Source of the DNA: a virus
Strand: one strand, 5' to 3'
DNA: 51,803 nucleotides
IMG/VR virus record: IMGVR_UViG_3300001567_000010
Location: 1 to 51,803 of that record
Positions 26,966-35,496 of the stretch are shown here, in pieces. The notes beneath the pieces were generated by a model that had not been told where the DNA came from, ran no database searches, and saw nothing but the letters and a program-made list of their open reading frames with translations. The position numbers and the translations under genes were made by a program. Positions within the stretch are counted from its first letter, which is position 1. The number at the start of each line of letters is the position of its first letter.

Positions 26966-27346
26966 ATGACAGAGATCATCACGACGACTAAGGTGGGCCG
27001 GGCAAAGTTCGCTGCGGCGCACCAGACTGGCATCCTGCCGCGGATCACGCACCTGGCGTTCGGGAACGGCGGGCACGATGCCGGCGGAAACCCGATCGCA
27101 GTAGACGACAACCGGACGACGGTCCCGGGACAGTTCGGGACCCTCCGGCCGGTCTCCAGTGTGACGGCAAACGGGATGGTCTGCACGATCGTCGGCCGGC
27201 TGGATTACGCTCACGAGGTCGGGCAGATCGTCTCGACCTGCGGGCTGATTGACGCCGACGGGAGTCTTGTCGCGTACAAGAACTTCTCGCCGAAGGCGAA
27301 AGACGCGGACACCCGGTTCGATGTACAGTGGACCGAGCAGTTCTGA
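26966..27346 (+). CDS. Tail collar/fibre N-terminal-like protein
   Basis: TTTKVGRAK, LAFGNGG, GLIDADGSLVAYKNFSPK. Confidence 0.75.
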   Translation: MTEIITTTKVGRAKFAAAHQTGILPRITHLAFGNGGHDAGGNPIAVDDNRTTVPGQFGTLRPVSSVTANGMVCTIVGRLDYAHEVGQIVSTCGLIDADGSLVAYKNFSPKAKDADTRFDVQWTEQF

Positions 27347-27358
27347 GGAGGAACAACG

Positions 27359-28729
27359 ATGATAGAAGCATTCCAGAATATCCTGACAACCGATCCGGTG
27401 CACGCGGACGTCATGAACACGAAGATCGTCGCGCCGGGGAACAAACTGGTCGACTTCGTGAAACGCCCCTATTCCGGGGATGTCATCGGGTTTGAGTGGG
27501 ACGCATCTTCCACCAGTCCGGTGCTCCGCAGGATCGACGGAGGAGGCCGATATATCACCAGCCTGCCGAGTGACTACTTCGACAAGCATCTGATCTTCGA
27601 CCGCCGCCGCTGCACCCGGGACCGGACGACCGGGGAGATAACGCTCTCTCCCAATGGCCGGGGGGACGGGCTTGTGCTCGACGGCACCGCCGGCGATGTG
27701 CTGGTCCGGAAGCCGAAGTACTACCACAAGTTCGAGTGCAAATACCCCTACTACCGGCACTGGTTCTCCGCAGAGCCGCATGTCGGGTTCACTCTGTGGC
27801 CGGCGTTCATGCAGCGCGGCGACCCGCTGGATCCGACGGCAACGGACTACCTGTATTCCGGGGCTTACGAGGCGTACGGGTATGTTGACGCGGGCGCCTT
27901 CAAACTCGGGAGCGCTGCCGGGAAGAAGCCGGTGACGGGGAACTCGGGAGACACTGCTGAACATGCCGACTGGGATCCGTATCCCGGACTGCTCGACGCC
28001 AACGTGCCTGACATCACCCTTGGGAGAGAGGGCGAGTTCACCATCACCATCGCGGAGAAGTGCGCGAGCCTCGTCGGCACCGGGTTCGGGATCACGAACT
28101 TCTGGGACTACGTCGGCGACCAACTCCTGATGTATCTGGAGTTCGGGACGTTCGACATCCAGACTGCGCTCGGAAAAGGGATCGTTGACCTGGCGAGCGG
28201 CACCAAGTTTGCCGGAAAGTACACCGGTGTGGACAGTATCGACTCCCGGCTGGCAGAGAACGGCACCGGAGTGGGGTCCGGAACGAACGGGCAGACCCCG
28301 GTCACCTGGAGAGGGATCGAGAACCCCTTCGGCAACGTCTGGAAGTTCATCATCGGATGCAACTTCAAGGCCGGCGGCATCTTCCGCACCATCAAGCGCG
28401 ATGGATCGGGGACTCTCGCAGGGACAATGGCCGATGGGTCCTATGAAGCAGGATCGGGTGTCCCGCAGGTGAACGGCTATGTCTCGGGGCTGCTGGAAGA
28501 CGAACTCGGCGGCATGGCTGCCATGCCGTCGGTGGTTAACGGATCGGACAGCACGTATCTGTGCGACTATTGGTACGCGCCAACCGGAGACAGAATCCTG
28601 CTTGCGGGGGGCTATTGGTCTTATGCGCGGACTGCGGGTCCCGGCTGTCGGTCTGCGACTAACGCGGTCTCGGTTTCCGGTCGCAACCTTGGCGCCCGCG
28701 TCGAGTTCCGGCCCCCTGAAGAGGCATAA
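27359..28729 (+). CDS. DGR target: tail fibre/receptor-binding protein with C-terminal C-type-lectin fold
   Basis: YSGAYEA, WRGIENPFGNVWKF, LAGGYW...NLGARVEF; 3' end matches the TR. Confidence 0.9.
   Translation: MIEAFQNILTTDPVHADVMNTKIVAPGNKLVDFVKRPYSGDVIGFEWDASSTSPVLRRIDGGGRYITSLPSDYFDKHLIFDRRRCTRDRTTGEITLSPNGRGDGLVLDGTAGDVLVRKPKYYHKFECKYPYYRHWFSAEPHVGFTLWPAFMQRGDPLDPTATDYLYSGAYEAYGYVDAGAFKLGSAAGKKPVTGNSGDTAEHADWDPYPGLLDANVPDITLGREGEFTITIAEKCASLVGTGFGITNFWDYVGDQLLMYLEFGTFDIQTALGKGIVDLASGTKFAGKYTGVDSIDSRLAENGTGVGSGTNGQTPVTWRGIENPFGNVWKFIIGCNFKAGGIFRTIKRDGSGTLAGTMADGSYEAGSGVPQVNGYVSGLLEDELGGMAAMPSVVNGSDSTYLCDYWYAPTGDRILLAGGYWSYARTAGPGCRSATNAVSVSGRNLGARVEFRPPEEA
28596..28705 (+). repeat. DGR variable repeat (VR)
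   Basis: 110-bp ungapped match to 29097-29206 (offset 501), 20 mismatches all opposite TR adenines. Confidence 0.97.
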
Positions 28730-28743
28730 GGAGGTGTGATAAG

Positions 28744-29034
28744 ACGCACCCCAAATTTTCTGATTTCGCGACGGAGGAGAAACCTCTCGACGGAAAGAAG
28801 ATGGGTATTGACGATGTGCTGAACCAGGAGGTTCTGATTCTCGATTTCAAGCGAGGTCAAAGCAAGTTCAAGGAGAACGCGCGGTATACGACCGTGCAGT
28901 TCGAGATGGGTGGGGAGACGCACGTCCTGTTCACCGGGTCTGAGGTCATCTCTGATCAACTGGAACGGTATAAAGAGCATCTGCCGTTTGTCGCGACCAT
29001 TCGGAAAATCAACCGGTACTATACGCTAACTTGA
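28744..29034 (+). CDS. DGR accessory protein, non-Avd-like (first ATG 28801; probable ACG start at 28744)
   Basis: Sits between target and TR; frame stays open upstream as HPKFSDFATEEKPLDGKK behind SD GGAGGTG. Confidence 0.7.
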   Translation, partial: THPKFSDFATEEKPLDGKKMGIDDVLNQEVLILDFKRGQSKFKENARYTTVQFEMGGETHVLFTGSEVISDQLERYKEHLPFVATIRKINRYYTLT

Positions 29035-29096
29035 AGGGGGAGGGGAGCAAACAATGATACTGGTTCGTGCGCGACACTGTGGGGGCCTTCCTCTTC

Positions 29097-29206
29097 TCCT
29101 GCTTGCAGGGGGCAATTGGAATAATGCGCGGAATGCAGGTCCCGGCTATCGGAATGCGAATAACACGGTCTCGAATTCCAATCGCAACAATGGCACCCAC
29201 GTCGAG
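29097..29206 (+). ncRNA. DGR template repeat (TR), within the likely template RNA 29035-29361
   Basis: 9 AAT plus 2 AAC codons in the target frame; invariant non-A positions vs the VR. Confidence 0.95.
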
Positions 29207-29361
29207 CTCAGGTTCCGACTGAGCGGCCCTGAACAGCGCACTGACCCGAGTCCCGACGATGTCGGGGCCAAAGACAAAACCCGTCCACAGGAGAGTGCTG
29301 GTACTCGCGTCAGCGCGGCGGAACGCTCTCTCCTGTCGGCAGGGCTGCGGGGGCTTGCCTC

Positions 29362-30426
29362 ATGAAGCGCCGCGGCGACCTCTTCTCGACCCTGGTTTCG
29401 ATTGAGAACCTCCGGAGAGCGCACCAGAGCGCCCGCAAAGGCAAGACACACTACTACGCGGTGAAACTGGTTGATGCGGACCCGGATTACTATCTCCGCG
29501 AATTACAGGAGGAACTCGTCAGCGGAACGTTCGCGACCTCGCCCTACACGACGAAAGTCATCTACGAGCCGAAGGAGAGGACGATCTACAAACTCCCGTA
29601 CTATCCCGATCGGATCATCCACCATGCGGTCATGCAGGTGATGCAGCCGATCTGGGATCGGCAGTTCATTCACGACCTCTATTCGGCAATTCCGGGTAAG
29701 GGCTTGCATGCGGGCTCGTATCGGCTCCGCCGGTTCCTGAAGGACGCCGACCGGACCCGGTACTGCCTGAAATTCGACATCTCGAAGTTCTACCCCTCGA
29801 TCCGGCCGGACAAGATGCTCGATATCGTGCAGCGGACGGTGAAAGACCGGAGCGTGCTCGAGGTCCTCCGGGACGTGATCTACAGCTCGCCGAACGCCGG
29901 GGTGCCGATCGGGAACTACCTCTCGCAGTATTTCTCGAACTTGTACTTAACGCCGTTCGATCACTGGCTGAAGGAGAAGATGCGGGCGCGGTACTACATC
30001 CGGTACTGCGATGACGGCGTCATCCTGCACCAGGACAAAGGATGGCTGCAGAACCTCATGCATAAGATCGAGGAGTTCTTCGACACGCTCGGGCTCCGGT
30101 TGAACCCGAAAACGTCGATCTTCCCGGTCGACCGCTGCGGGGTAGATTTCCTTGGGTATCGCACGTTCAGGACGCACACGATCCTCCGGAAATCCTCGGC
30201 TCGCCGGCTGAAGAAGAAGGTCCGCGAGATCGAGCAGAACTACCAGACGATGAGCCCGGACGCGATTCTGGGTTCTCTGGGGGCATATCATGGGTGGTTA
30301 AAGCATTGTGACTGTCACAACTTCGGGCGGAAGTATCTCTACGAGAACCCCGCGATTCGTACAGCAGTGAAACACGCAGTAACTACAGGAGGAATGAAAT
30401 GGCCAGGCTGGTTGGCAGCACCGTAG
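29362..30426 (+). CDS. DGR reverse transcriptase
   Basis: KERTIY, PDRIIHHA, KFDISKFYPSI, GVPIGNYLSQ, YIRYCDD, GVDFLGY; 354 aa, no maturase/endonuclease domain. Confidence 0.97.
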   Translation: MKRRGDLFSTLVSIENLRRAHQSARKGKTHYYAVKLVDADPDYYLRELQEELVSGTFATSPYTTKVIYEPKERTIYKLPYYPDRIIHHAVMQVMQPIWDRQFIHDLYSAIPGKGLHAGSYRLRRFLKDADRTRYCLKFDISKFYPSIRPDKMLDIVQRTVKDRSVLEVLRDVIYSSPNAGVPIGNYLSQYFSNLYLTPFDHWLKEKMRARYYIRYCDDGVILHQDKGWLQNLMHKIEEFFDTLGLRLNPKTSIFPVDRCGVDFLGYRTFRTHTILRKSSARRLKKKVREIEQNYQTMSPDAILGSLGAYHGWLKHCDCHNFGRKYLYENPAIRTAVKHAVTTGGMKWPGWLAAP

Positions 30427-30785
30427 AGCCCGAAACCCTGCAGCCCGACATCGTCCAGGACGGACGGGTGCGGCTGCTGGTGCACTGGGGCGCAGTACAG
30501 AGAGAGATCATCGACGACATGGGTACGCGGACGGAGTGGGAGTATCAGGAACAGGTGATCTGGGTCCCGATCCCCGACCCGGCGTATATCGTCGCCACCG
30601 GGGGGCGCCCGGTCTTATCCACAGTGGGAGTCGCCTACCTCGCCGCGAACGAGGAGGAGATCCTGGCATGGGCGCAGGCCGGGATGACTGAGGCGACCGA
30701 GGCCCCCGGGCTTCGCCGGCGAACGCAGGAACTTGAGGACGCCATCGTGGAGATGTCGCTGCTCCTCGCAGGAGGTGGGGCGTAA
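30399..30785 (+). CDS. Tail-fibre-associated hypothetical protein
   Basis: C-terminal QELEDAIVEMS pattern typical of genes after fibres. Confidence 0.6.
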   Translation: MARLVGSTVEPETLQPDIVQDGRVRLLVHWGAVQREIIDDMGTRTEWEYQEQVIWVPIPDPAYIVATGGRPVLSTVGVAYLAANEEEILAWAQAGMTEATEAPGLRRRTQELEDAIVEMSLLLAGGGA

Positions 30786-30919
30786 TGTTCACGGTAGACT
30801 CCGGGCTCGTCAAGATCTGGGTCCGGCAGATCCGGGAGGGGCGGCGGACGATCGAGGACGTCCCGGTTCTCGGCAACCTGCCGGAGATGGTCGCGGCAGC
30901 CCTTGAGGCAGAGGAGTAG
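30785..30919 (+). CDS. Small XkdX/CD1375-like protein (44 aa)
   Basis: KIWVRQIREGRRTIEDVP; TAATG coupling. Confidence 0.65.
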   Translation: MFTVDSGLVKIWVRQIREGRRTIEDVPVLGNLPEMVAAALEAEE

Positions 30920-30920
30920 G

Positions 30921-31175
30921 ATGTCCTGGGAGGATGATCGAGGGGGGGTCCTCGGCAGGATCACCTCTCTTGAGAAGACGGTTGCGGCACAAGAGGAGCG
31001 CGCGAAAGGGCTGGATTACCGACTTGCCTACATCCAGGACCGGGTCGATGGGATCTACGGGAAGATCGAAGGTCTCACCGAGATGCAATACTCCCGCCCG
31101 TCCTGGCTGATGTCTGGCGTGTTCGCCATCGTCACAGCCCTCATCTCAGGGCTGCTCGTCTACGCGCTGACGTGA
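30921..31175 (+). CDS. Coiled-coil plus C-terminal TM protein (XhlA/holin-like)
   Basis: RITSLEK..heptads, C-terminal hydrophobic helix, last gene of late operon. Confidence 0.6.
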   Translation: MSWEDDRGGVLGRITSLEKTVAAQEERAKGLDYRLAYIQDRVDGIYGKIEGLTEMQYSRPSWLMSGVFAIVTALISGLLVYALT

Positions 31176-31180
31176 GGAGG

Positions 31181-31390
31181 TTAGGTATCCCCTGCCTCCT
31201 CATATCCGAGCACTTTCTCATCGATAACGTTAAACCGGATCGCCATATTTTTATATGGCGTTCCAGAATCAATGAAATCCACCATCACGAATTTTGCACC
31301 CATAACCGGATCTCGGAACTCATCTTCCGGCATCGTGACGTAGACCTTGTAGGTCAGTTCGACGACACAGAGTCGTTTAGATTCGCTCAT
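31181..31390 (-). CDS. Hypothetical protein
   Basis: SD GAAGGAGGGA; end of the leftward operon. Confidence 0.55.
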   Translation of the reverse strand: MSESKRLCVVELTYKVYVTMPEDEFRDPVMGAKFVMVDFIDSGTPYKNMAIRFNVIDEKVLGYEEAGDT

Positions 31391-31391
31391 T

Positions 31392-31802
31392 TCATCCCTC
31401 CTTCAAAATATTCTTGAATCGCAGAATCTTATCCTGGATCTCATCCCCTCGCGGGTCTAACAACCAAGGCCGCCGGGAAACATATGTTCCCCAAAAATCC
31501 GTCAATTCATGAACCCGGTGCAGTGATATCCGTTCAATGCGGGGAGAACTCAGAAGTCTCGTATATTCGCGGAATTCTTCTTTACTAATCCCCGCTTTCA
31601 ATGCTGCATTCAGTTGTAATTCCCGTGCTTCTTTAATCCTGTCTTTTGGAGCCATCATAACCATGAGTGGCCATTTATCTCTGGGCAAATCCGTCAAAAC
31701 ATCAAAAGAATAATGGATAAACAATTCCATCTCTTCTTTTGTGATCTCCAATTTGCGGAGCATTTCAATTTCAGCTTCTTCAAGTTGCCCATATTTCCCC
31801 AT
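31392..31802 (-). CDS. Hypothetical protein, AT-rich
   Basis: 136-aa ORF visibly much lower in GC than the genome. Confidence 0.6.
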   Translation of the reverse strand: MGKYGQLEEAEIEMLRKLEITKEEMELFIHYSFDVLTDLPRDKWPLMVMMAPKDRIKEARELQLNAALKAGISKEEFREYTRLLSSPRIERISLHRVHELTDFWGTYVSRRPWLLDPRGDEIQDKILRFKNILKEG

Positions 31803-31837
31803 TTAATCATCCCTCATCCTGTGAGACCCCGATCCGG

Positions 31838-32098
31838 TCACGGCTCTACCCGGACCACGCTCACGACCTTGCCGACGTGACTACCATGTACGTTGAGCCG
31901 GGCCTGTTTTCCCGCTGCCCGGGGAACCCCTTCGATGACCTCGCCAGCGACCACGATCTTAACCCGTTTCCCGGCCCATTCCCACGGTAGCACCACCCGG
32001 CCAGTATACTCAGTCGCCCGGGACACACGCCGCTCCAGCAGCGCATACCCCCGGATCTGATGCCCGTTGACCTGATAAACGTCCGGGACGGGCGTCAC
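31838..32098 (-). CDS. Tandem DUF2080/AbrB-like small DNA-binding protein
   Basis: GRVVLPWEWAGKRVKIV and ARLNVHGSHVGKVVSV repeats. Confidence 0.6.
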   Translation of the reverse strand: MTPVPDVYQVNGHQIRGYALLERRVSRATEYTGRVVLPWEWAGKRVKIVVAGEVIEGVPRAAGKQARLNVHGSHVGKVVSVVRVEP

Positions 32099-32742
32099 TC
32101 CTCACCCCCGTTGCAGACATCCCATGCTCGGCTGAACTCCTTGTCGCGGAAGAGGTCCGCAAGCCCGCCGACCTGTTTGAGTCGGAGGACCTCGTCGGCG
32201 TCCATGCCGAGGTTCTTGGCGATCCAGGTATCCGATTTGCCGAGCCGGTGCAGTTCGGCGACGAGATCGCTCATGAGGTCGACGTCGTGCACCCCTCTTG
32301 CCCGGTTATGCCGTACCGTCGATGCTATCCTCTCCCCGAGATCCTTGGTGATCACGACGACTGGGAGATACTCATGCAGCCGCTTACGGATCTCAAGCAC
32401 CTCCTTGCCGACGCGGCTCCGGTGGAACCCATCGACGACGATGTATTGGCCCGACTCCTCATCAAGATAGGTCACGATCGGCTGCGTGTAGCCATCTTTG
32501 ATGACCGAGAGGGCGAGGAGGCGCATCTCGGGTGGAGCGACCTTGTTAGGGTTGTAGTTGTTAGCAATCACCCCGCTGCTCTTAACCCAGAGGACCAGGT
32601 CCACCGGGTCGCCGAACGGGCTCATCTGATGCAGGGCCCTCCGGATCTCGTTGAGCACGGTGACCCGGTCATCGATCTGGAGATCTGCGATACCGCCGAA
32701 CGCGGTCCGCGCCGACTCTATTATTTCACATACCGTGGTCAT
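32095..32742 (-). CDS. ibrB: IbrB-like ParB/Srx-domain protein
   Basis: ANNYNPNKVAPPEMRLL, GYTQPIV, VVDGFHR, STVRHNRARGVH, LGMDADEVLRL. Confidence 0.88.
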   Translation of the reverse strand: MTTVCEIIESARTAFGGIADLQIDDRVTVLNEIRRALHQMSPFGDPVDLVLWVKSSGVIANNYNPNKVAPPEMRLLALSVIKDGYTQPIVTYLDEESGQYIVVDGFHRSRVGKEVLEIRKRLHEYLPVVVITKDLGERIASTVRHNRARGVHDVDLMSDLVAELHRLGKSDTWIAKNLGMDADEVLRLKQVGGLADLFRDKEFSRAWDVCNGGEE

Positions 32743-32743
32743 G

Positions 32744-34060
32744 TTACAGGCTCCTGTATTTCTCAATAATTTCCTTAATCCGCTCGCTCTGCTTCTTCGT
32801 TGGGCCGAATCCCATCCATTTGCAGGTGTGATCATTCTTCAGGATACAATACGTCATCCGCTTCCAGGAGGGGATATCGATCGTCGATTTGACGTCATCG
32901 GTATCGTCCGGGATCTCTGCGAACCGGACATCTGTGCGGCCATGCTTGGACCGGACCGACGGACCTACCTTCTCGATAGGATAACGGCACGCCTCCAGTT
33001 CGGCGATCGCCTCGTCTGACACCACGCCCCCCTTCTCTTTCCAGAACTTGATCGACGTCTCAAACTTTTCGAGATAGTGGTTCCGGGTCTCCTGCGGGAG
33101 CGTCGAGAGCAAGAACTTGCAGTAACTCTCCCAGGTGTGTCCCTTGGGGAGTTTGATCTCCCGGTATCCCAGGGCCTTTGTGTCCCCGTAGATCGCCGCG
33201 AAGTTGGCGCCCTGCACCCTGCCGACGACCTTGACCCATACCTCCGGGTCGATCACGCGGTAGAGATTCAGGGTCGCCCTCCCCCATATGTTGTAGGGGC
33301 TCGCTACCCGCATCTGCGAGAGAGTAAGCCCGGCCTTGTAGTAGAGGTCGTAGAGGCGGTTGTAGTCATAGCCTCGCCGGCCGTTCGCGACCCATACATC
33401 CTCGACCTCCCAATCATAGATCGGGTGGCCGACGTAGTAGTTCTCACCGGCCTGCCGGGTCCAGTGCTGCCCACGGTAGAGGGTCTTGCGGTCGTTCGTG
33501 ATCGCTGCATACCGGTTCAGGGACTCGTTCGCCCGGATTCCCAGGAGGACGATCGACCGGCCGGGGTGCGTCCGGGCATACCACTTGCCGAACTCTTCGT
33601 AGAGCGCCTCGTCGGTCATGGCGAGCCGGTAGAAGTCAGGGACGTTGTCATGCTCCAAGCTGATCACATACGGCTGCTCCGGCAGCGGCCGGACCCAGAT
33701 ATCCCGCTCTGCAGGATTCCACGGCACCCAGGAGAGTTGGTGCATCGAGACCGAGCAGTTCACGGTCATCGGGACGCAGAACCAGTATGGCTCGATATCG
33801 TCGATATTAGCCTCGTACATCCGGGTCACGTACTCGGTCGTCATGGAGTACTGCGCCTCGTAGTCCTCGTGGAAGACCGCGATCCGCTGCCCGCACCCGT
33901 GCCGGCGCTTGTATTCCAGCACGGCATTGAGGAGCAGCCCGCTGTCCTTCCCGCCGGAGAACGACACACAGATGTTATCGAAGTCCGAGAAGACCAGATC
34001 AAGCCGTTTCTCCAGGGCTTCATCCACCCCGCACGCGAGGAAGATCTTTTTTCCGCTCAT
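32744..34060 (-). CDS. ibrA: IbrA-like PAPS-reductase/PP-loop protein (DUF3440-like C-terminus)
   Basis: VSFSGGKDSG, GIRANESLNRY, HPIYDW, YNRLYDLYYKAG, MRVASP, GANF, CILKNDHTC. Confidence 0.88.
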   Translation of the reverse strand: MSGKKIFLACGVDEALEKRLDLVFSDFDNICVSFSGGKDSGLLLNAVLEYKRRHGCGQRIAVFHEDYEAQYSMTTEYVTRMYEANIDDIEPYWFCVPMTVNCSVSMHQLSWVPWNPAERDIWVRPLPEQPYVISLEHDNVPDFYRLAMTDEALYEEFGKWYARTHPGRSIVLLGIRANESLNRYAAITNDRKTLYRGQHWTRQAGENYYVGHPIYDWEVEDVWVANGRRGYDYNRLYDLYYKAGLTLSQMRVASPYNIWGRATLNLYRVIDPEVWVKVVGRVQGANFAAIYGDTKALGYREIKLPKGHTWESYCKFLLSTLPQETRNHYLEKFETSIKFWKEKGGVVSDEAIAELEACRYPIEKVGPSVRSKHGRTDVRFAEIPDDTDDVKSTIDIPSWKRMTYCILKNDHTCKWMGFGPTKKQSERIKEIIEKYRSL

Positions 34061-35496
34061 AATACCTTCACCAGATCCTTCAGTTTTGCCTTATCATCCT
34101 TCACCGCGTCCACCTCGCGCCGGAACGAGGCCACGACGTTCTCTTTTCGGGAGAGTGCCTCCCAGATCTTCTCATCGATACCTGAGGAGAGGATATCGGT
34201 ATACGTCACCTCGTGTTCCTGCCCCATCCGGTGGCACCGGTCCTCGGCCTGCAGGCGCTCGGAGTACTTGAATGAGTTCGAGTAGAACACGACGTGCCGT
34301 GCCTCGTTCAGGGTCAGCCCGTGGCCGCCGCAGGACTGCGTCGAGACGAAGAACCGCGCCGGACCTCGGAACTTCTCGACCTCCTGCTGCCGGGCCGGGA
34401 CCGGGGTGTCGCCAGTGAATACCGCGACGGAGTCGGGACCGTACTCCTCCCGCAGCGCCGCCACGATCCGGGCGATGTCGTAACGATACTTCGCCCACAC
34501 GATAACCTTCTCGTCGTCCGGGATCTCGTGGACCACGTCAAGCAGGGCCTCCAGCCGCCCCTCGCGGAACGTCAGGAACTGATACTCGTCGTCAGGGCTC
34601 AGCTCCCCATCCCGGCACAGCCGACGGTTCCAAAATCCCGATACGATCTGCTGCAGCACGCCGTAGAGCCGGAAGATCGTGTAGGGTTTGAAGTCGTCGT
34701 AGTCGATCATGAGGAGGATCTCCTCCTTCGCCGCCTCGTATGCGTCCCGCTGCTCCCCGGTCAGGCTGCAGTACCGGGTTTGGTACTTCTTGCCCGGCAG
34801 AGACATGGACTCTTCTTTCGTCACCTGGTAGACGTAGGGGGCAATCTTCGCCGCGAGTTGCTCGGTGTCATGTGTGGCGACGATGAGGCCGGGGTACCGC
34901 TCGGAGTACTCGAGGTGGTTCCGGGCGAACGTGTACCACGACCGGTAGCCGAGGATCCTTGGCGACAGGAACTTCATCTGCGCGAAGAGATCCTCGACCC
35001 CCTGGCTGATCGGGGTCCCCGTCAGCACGAACCGGTAACGGGCTTTATCGGCGAGCAAGGTTGCCCGGGCGGTCCGGATCGATTTATGGCCTTTGATGTA
35101 CGAGCTCTCATCCAGGATCACGAACGTCCGGTCGGTGATGATCGAGTGGAGAGCAAACGTGACTCGGTCCGAGGAGGAGAGCGACTCCAGACCGACGACG
35201 ATCCACCGGGCGGCCCGCGGCACGGTCTCGGCCGTGGTCCGGTCGTCGAACACGTAGACGTCCCGACAATCCGTGTGCTTGTAAATCTCCAGGCGCACGG
35301 TCTCCTTGAGCGAGACCGGGCAGAACCAGACGACCCGATCGATCTTGCGCGCCCGCTGCCGGACGATCTCGATGGCCGTCCTGGTCTTGCCGGTCCCCAT
35401 CTCCATGAATAACCCGCCGACGCGGGTCGGCTTGAGCTTCCGGACCGCCGCCAGCTGCCAGGGCATAAGGTCAGTCGTCGTCGCGAAGGTCTGCAT
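34057..35496 (-). CDS. SNF2-family helicase/ATPase
   Basis: MEMGTGKT, ILDES, LTGTP, GHGLTL, QAEDRCHRMGQ. Confidence 0.93.
   Translation of the reverse strand: MQTFATTTDLMPWQLAAVRKLKPTRVGGLFMEMGTGKTRTAIEIVRQRARKIDRVVWFCPVSLKETVRLEIYKHTDCRDVYVFDDRTTAETVPRAARWIVVGLESLSSSDRVTFALHSIITDRTFVILDESSYIKGHKSIRTARATLLADKARYRFVLTGTPISQGVEDLFAQMKFLSPRILGYRSWYTFARNHLEYSERYPGLIVATHDTEQLAAKIAPYVYQVTKEESMSLPGKKYQTRYCSLTGEQRDAYEAAKEEILLMIDYDDFKPYTIFRLYGVLQQIVSGFWNRRLCRDGELSPDDEYQFLTFREGRLEALLDVVHEIPDDEKVIVWAKYRYDIARIVAALREEYGPDSVAVFTGDTPVPARQQEVEKFRGPARFFVSTQSCGGHGLTLNEARHVVFYSNSFKYSERLQAEDRCHRMGQEHEVTYTDILSSGIDEKIWEALSRKENVVASFRREVDAVKDDKAKLKDLVKVL

Larger units (their letters stand above)
27359..30426 (+). 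mobile_element. Diversity-generating retroelement (target, accessory gene, TR, RT)
   Basis: VR/TR pair with adenine-specific mismatches next to a DGR-type RT. Confidence 0.95.

Noticed and set aside
26884-26991. 35-aa ORF between the wedge and collar genes
   Set aside because: No motif, overlaps the next gene out of frame; cannot be supported.
13822-27346. Second DGR target (extra VR)
   Set aside because: No other TR-like sequence or CLec GGxW...GxR end was found by eye in other structural genes; a BLASTN of the TR would settle it.
28711-28730. DGR hairpin downstream of the VR
   Set aside because: Only a 3-bp stem (CCT-GAAG-AGG) is visible; too weak to call.
29054-29365. 103-aa Asn-rich ORF
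   Set aside because: It overlies the DGR template repeat; the Asn richness reflects the TR AAY codons.
29362-30426. RT as group II intron, retron or Abi RT
   Set aside because: Short, no maturase or endonuclease domain, and a cognate TR/VR pair is adjacent.
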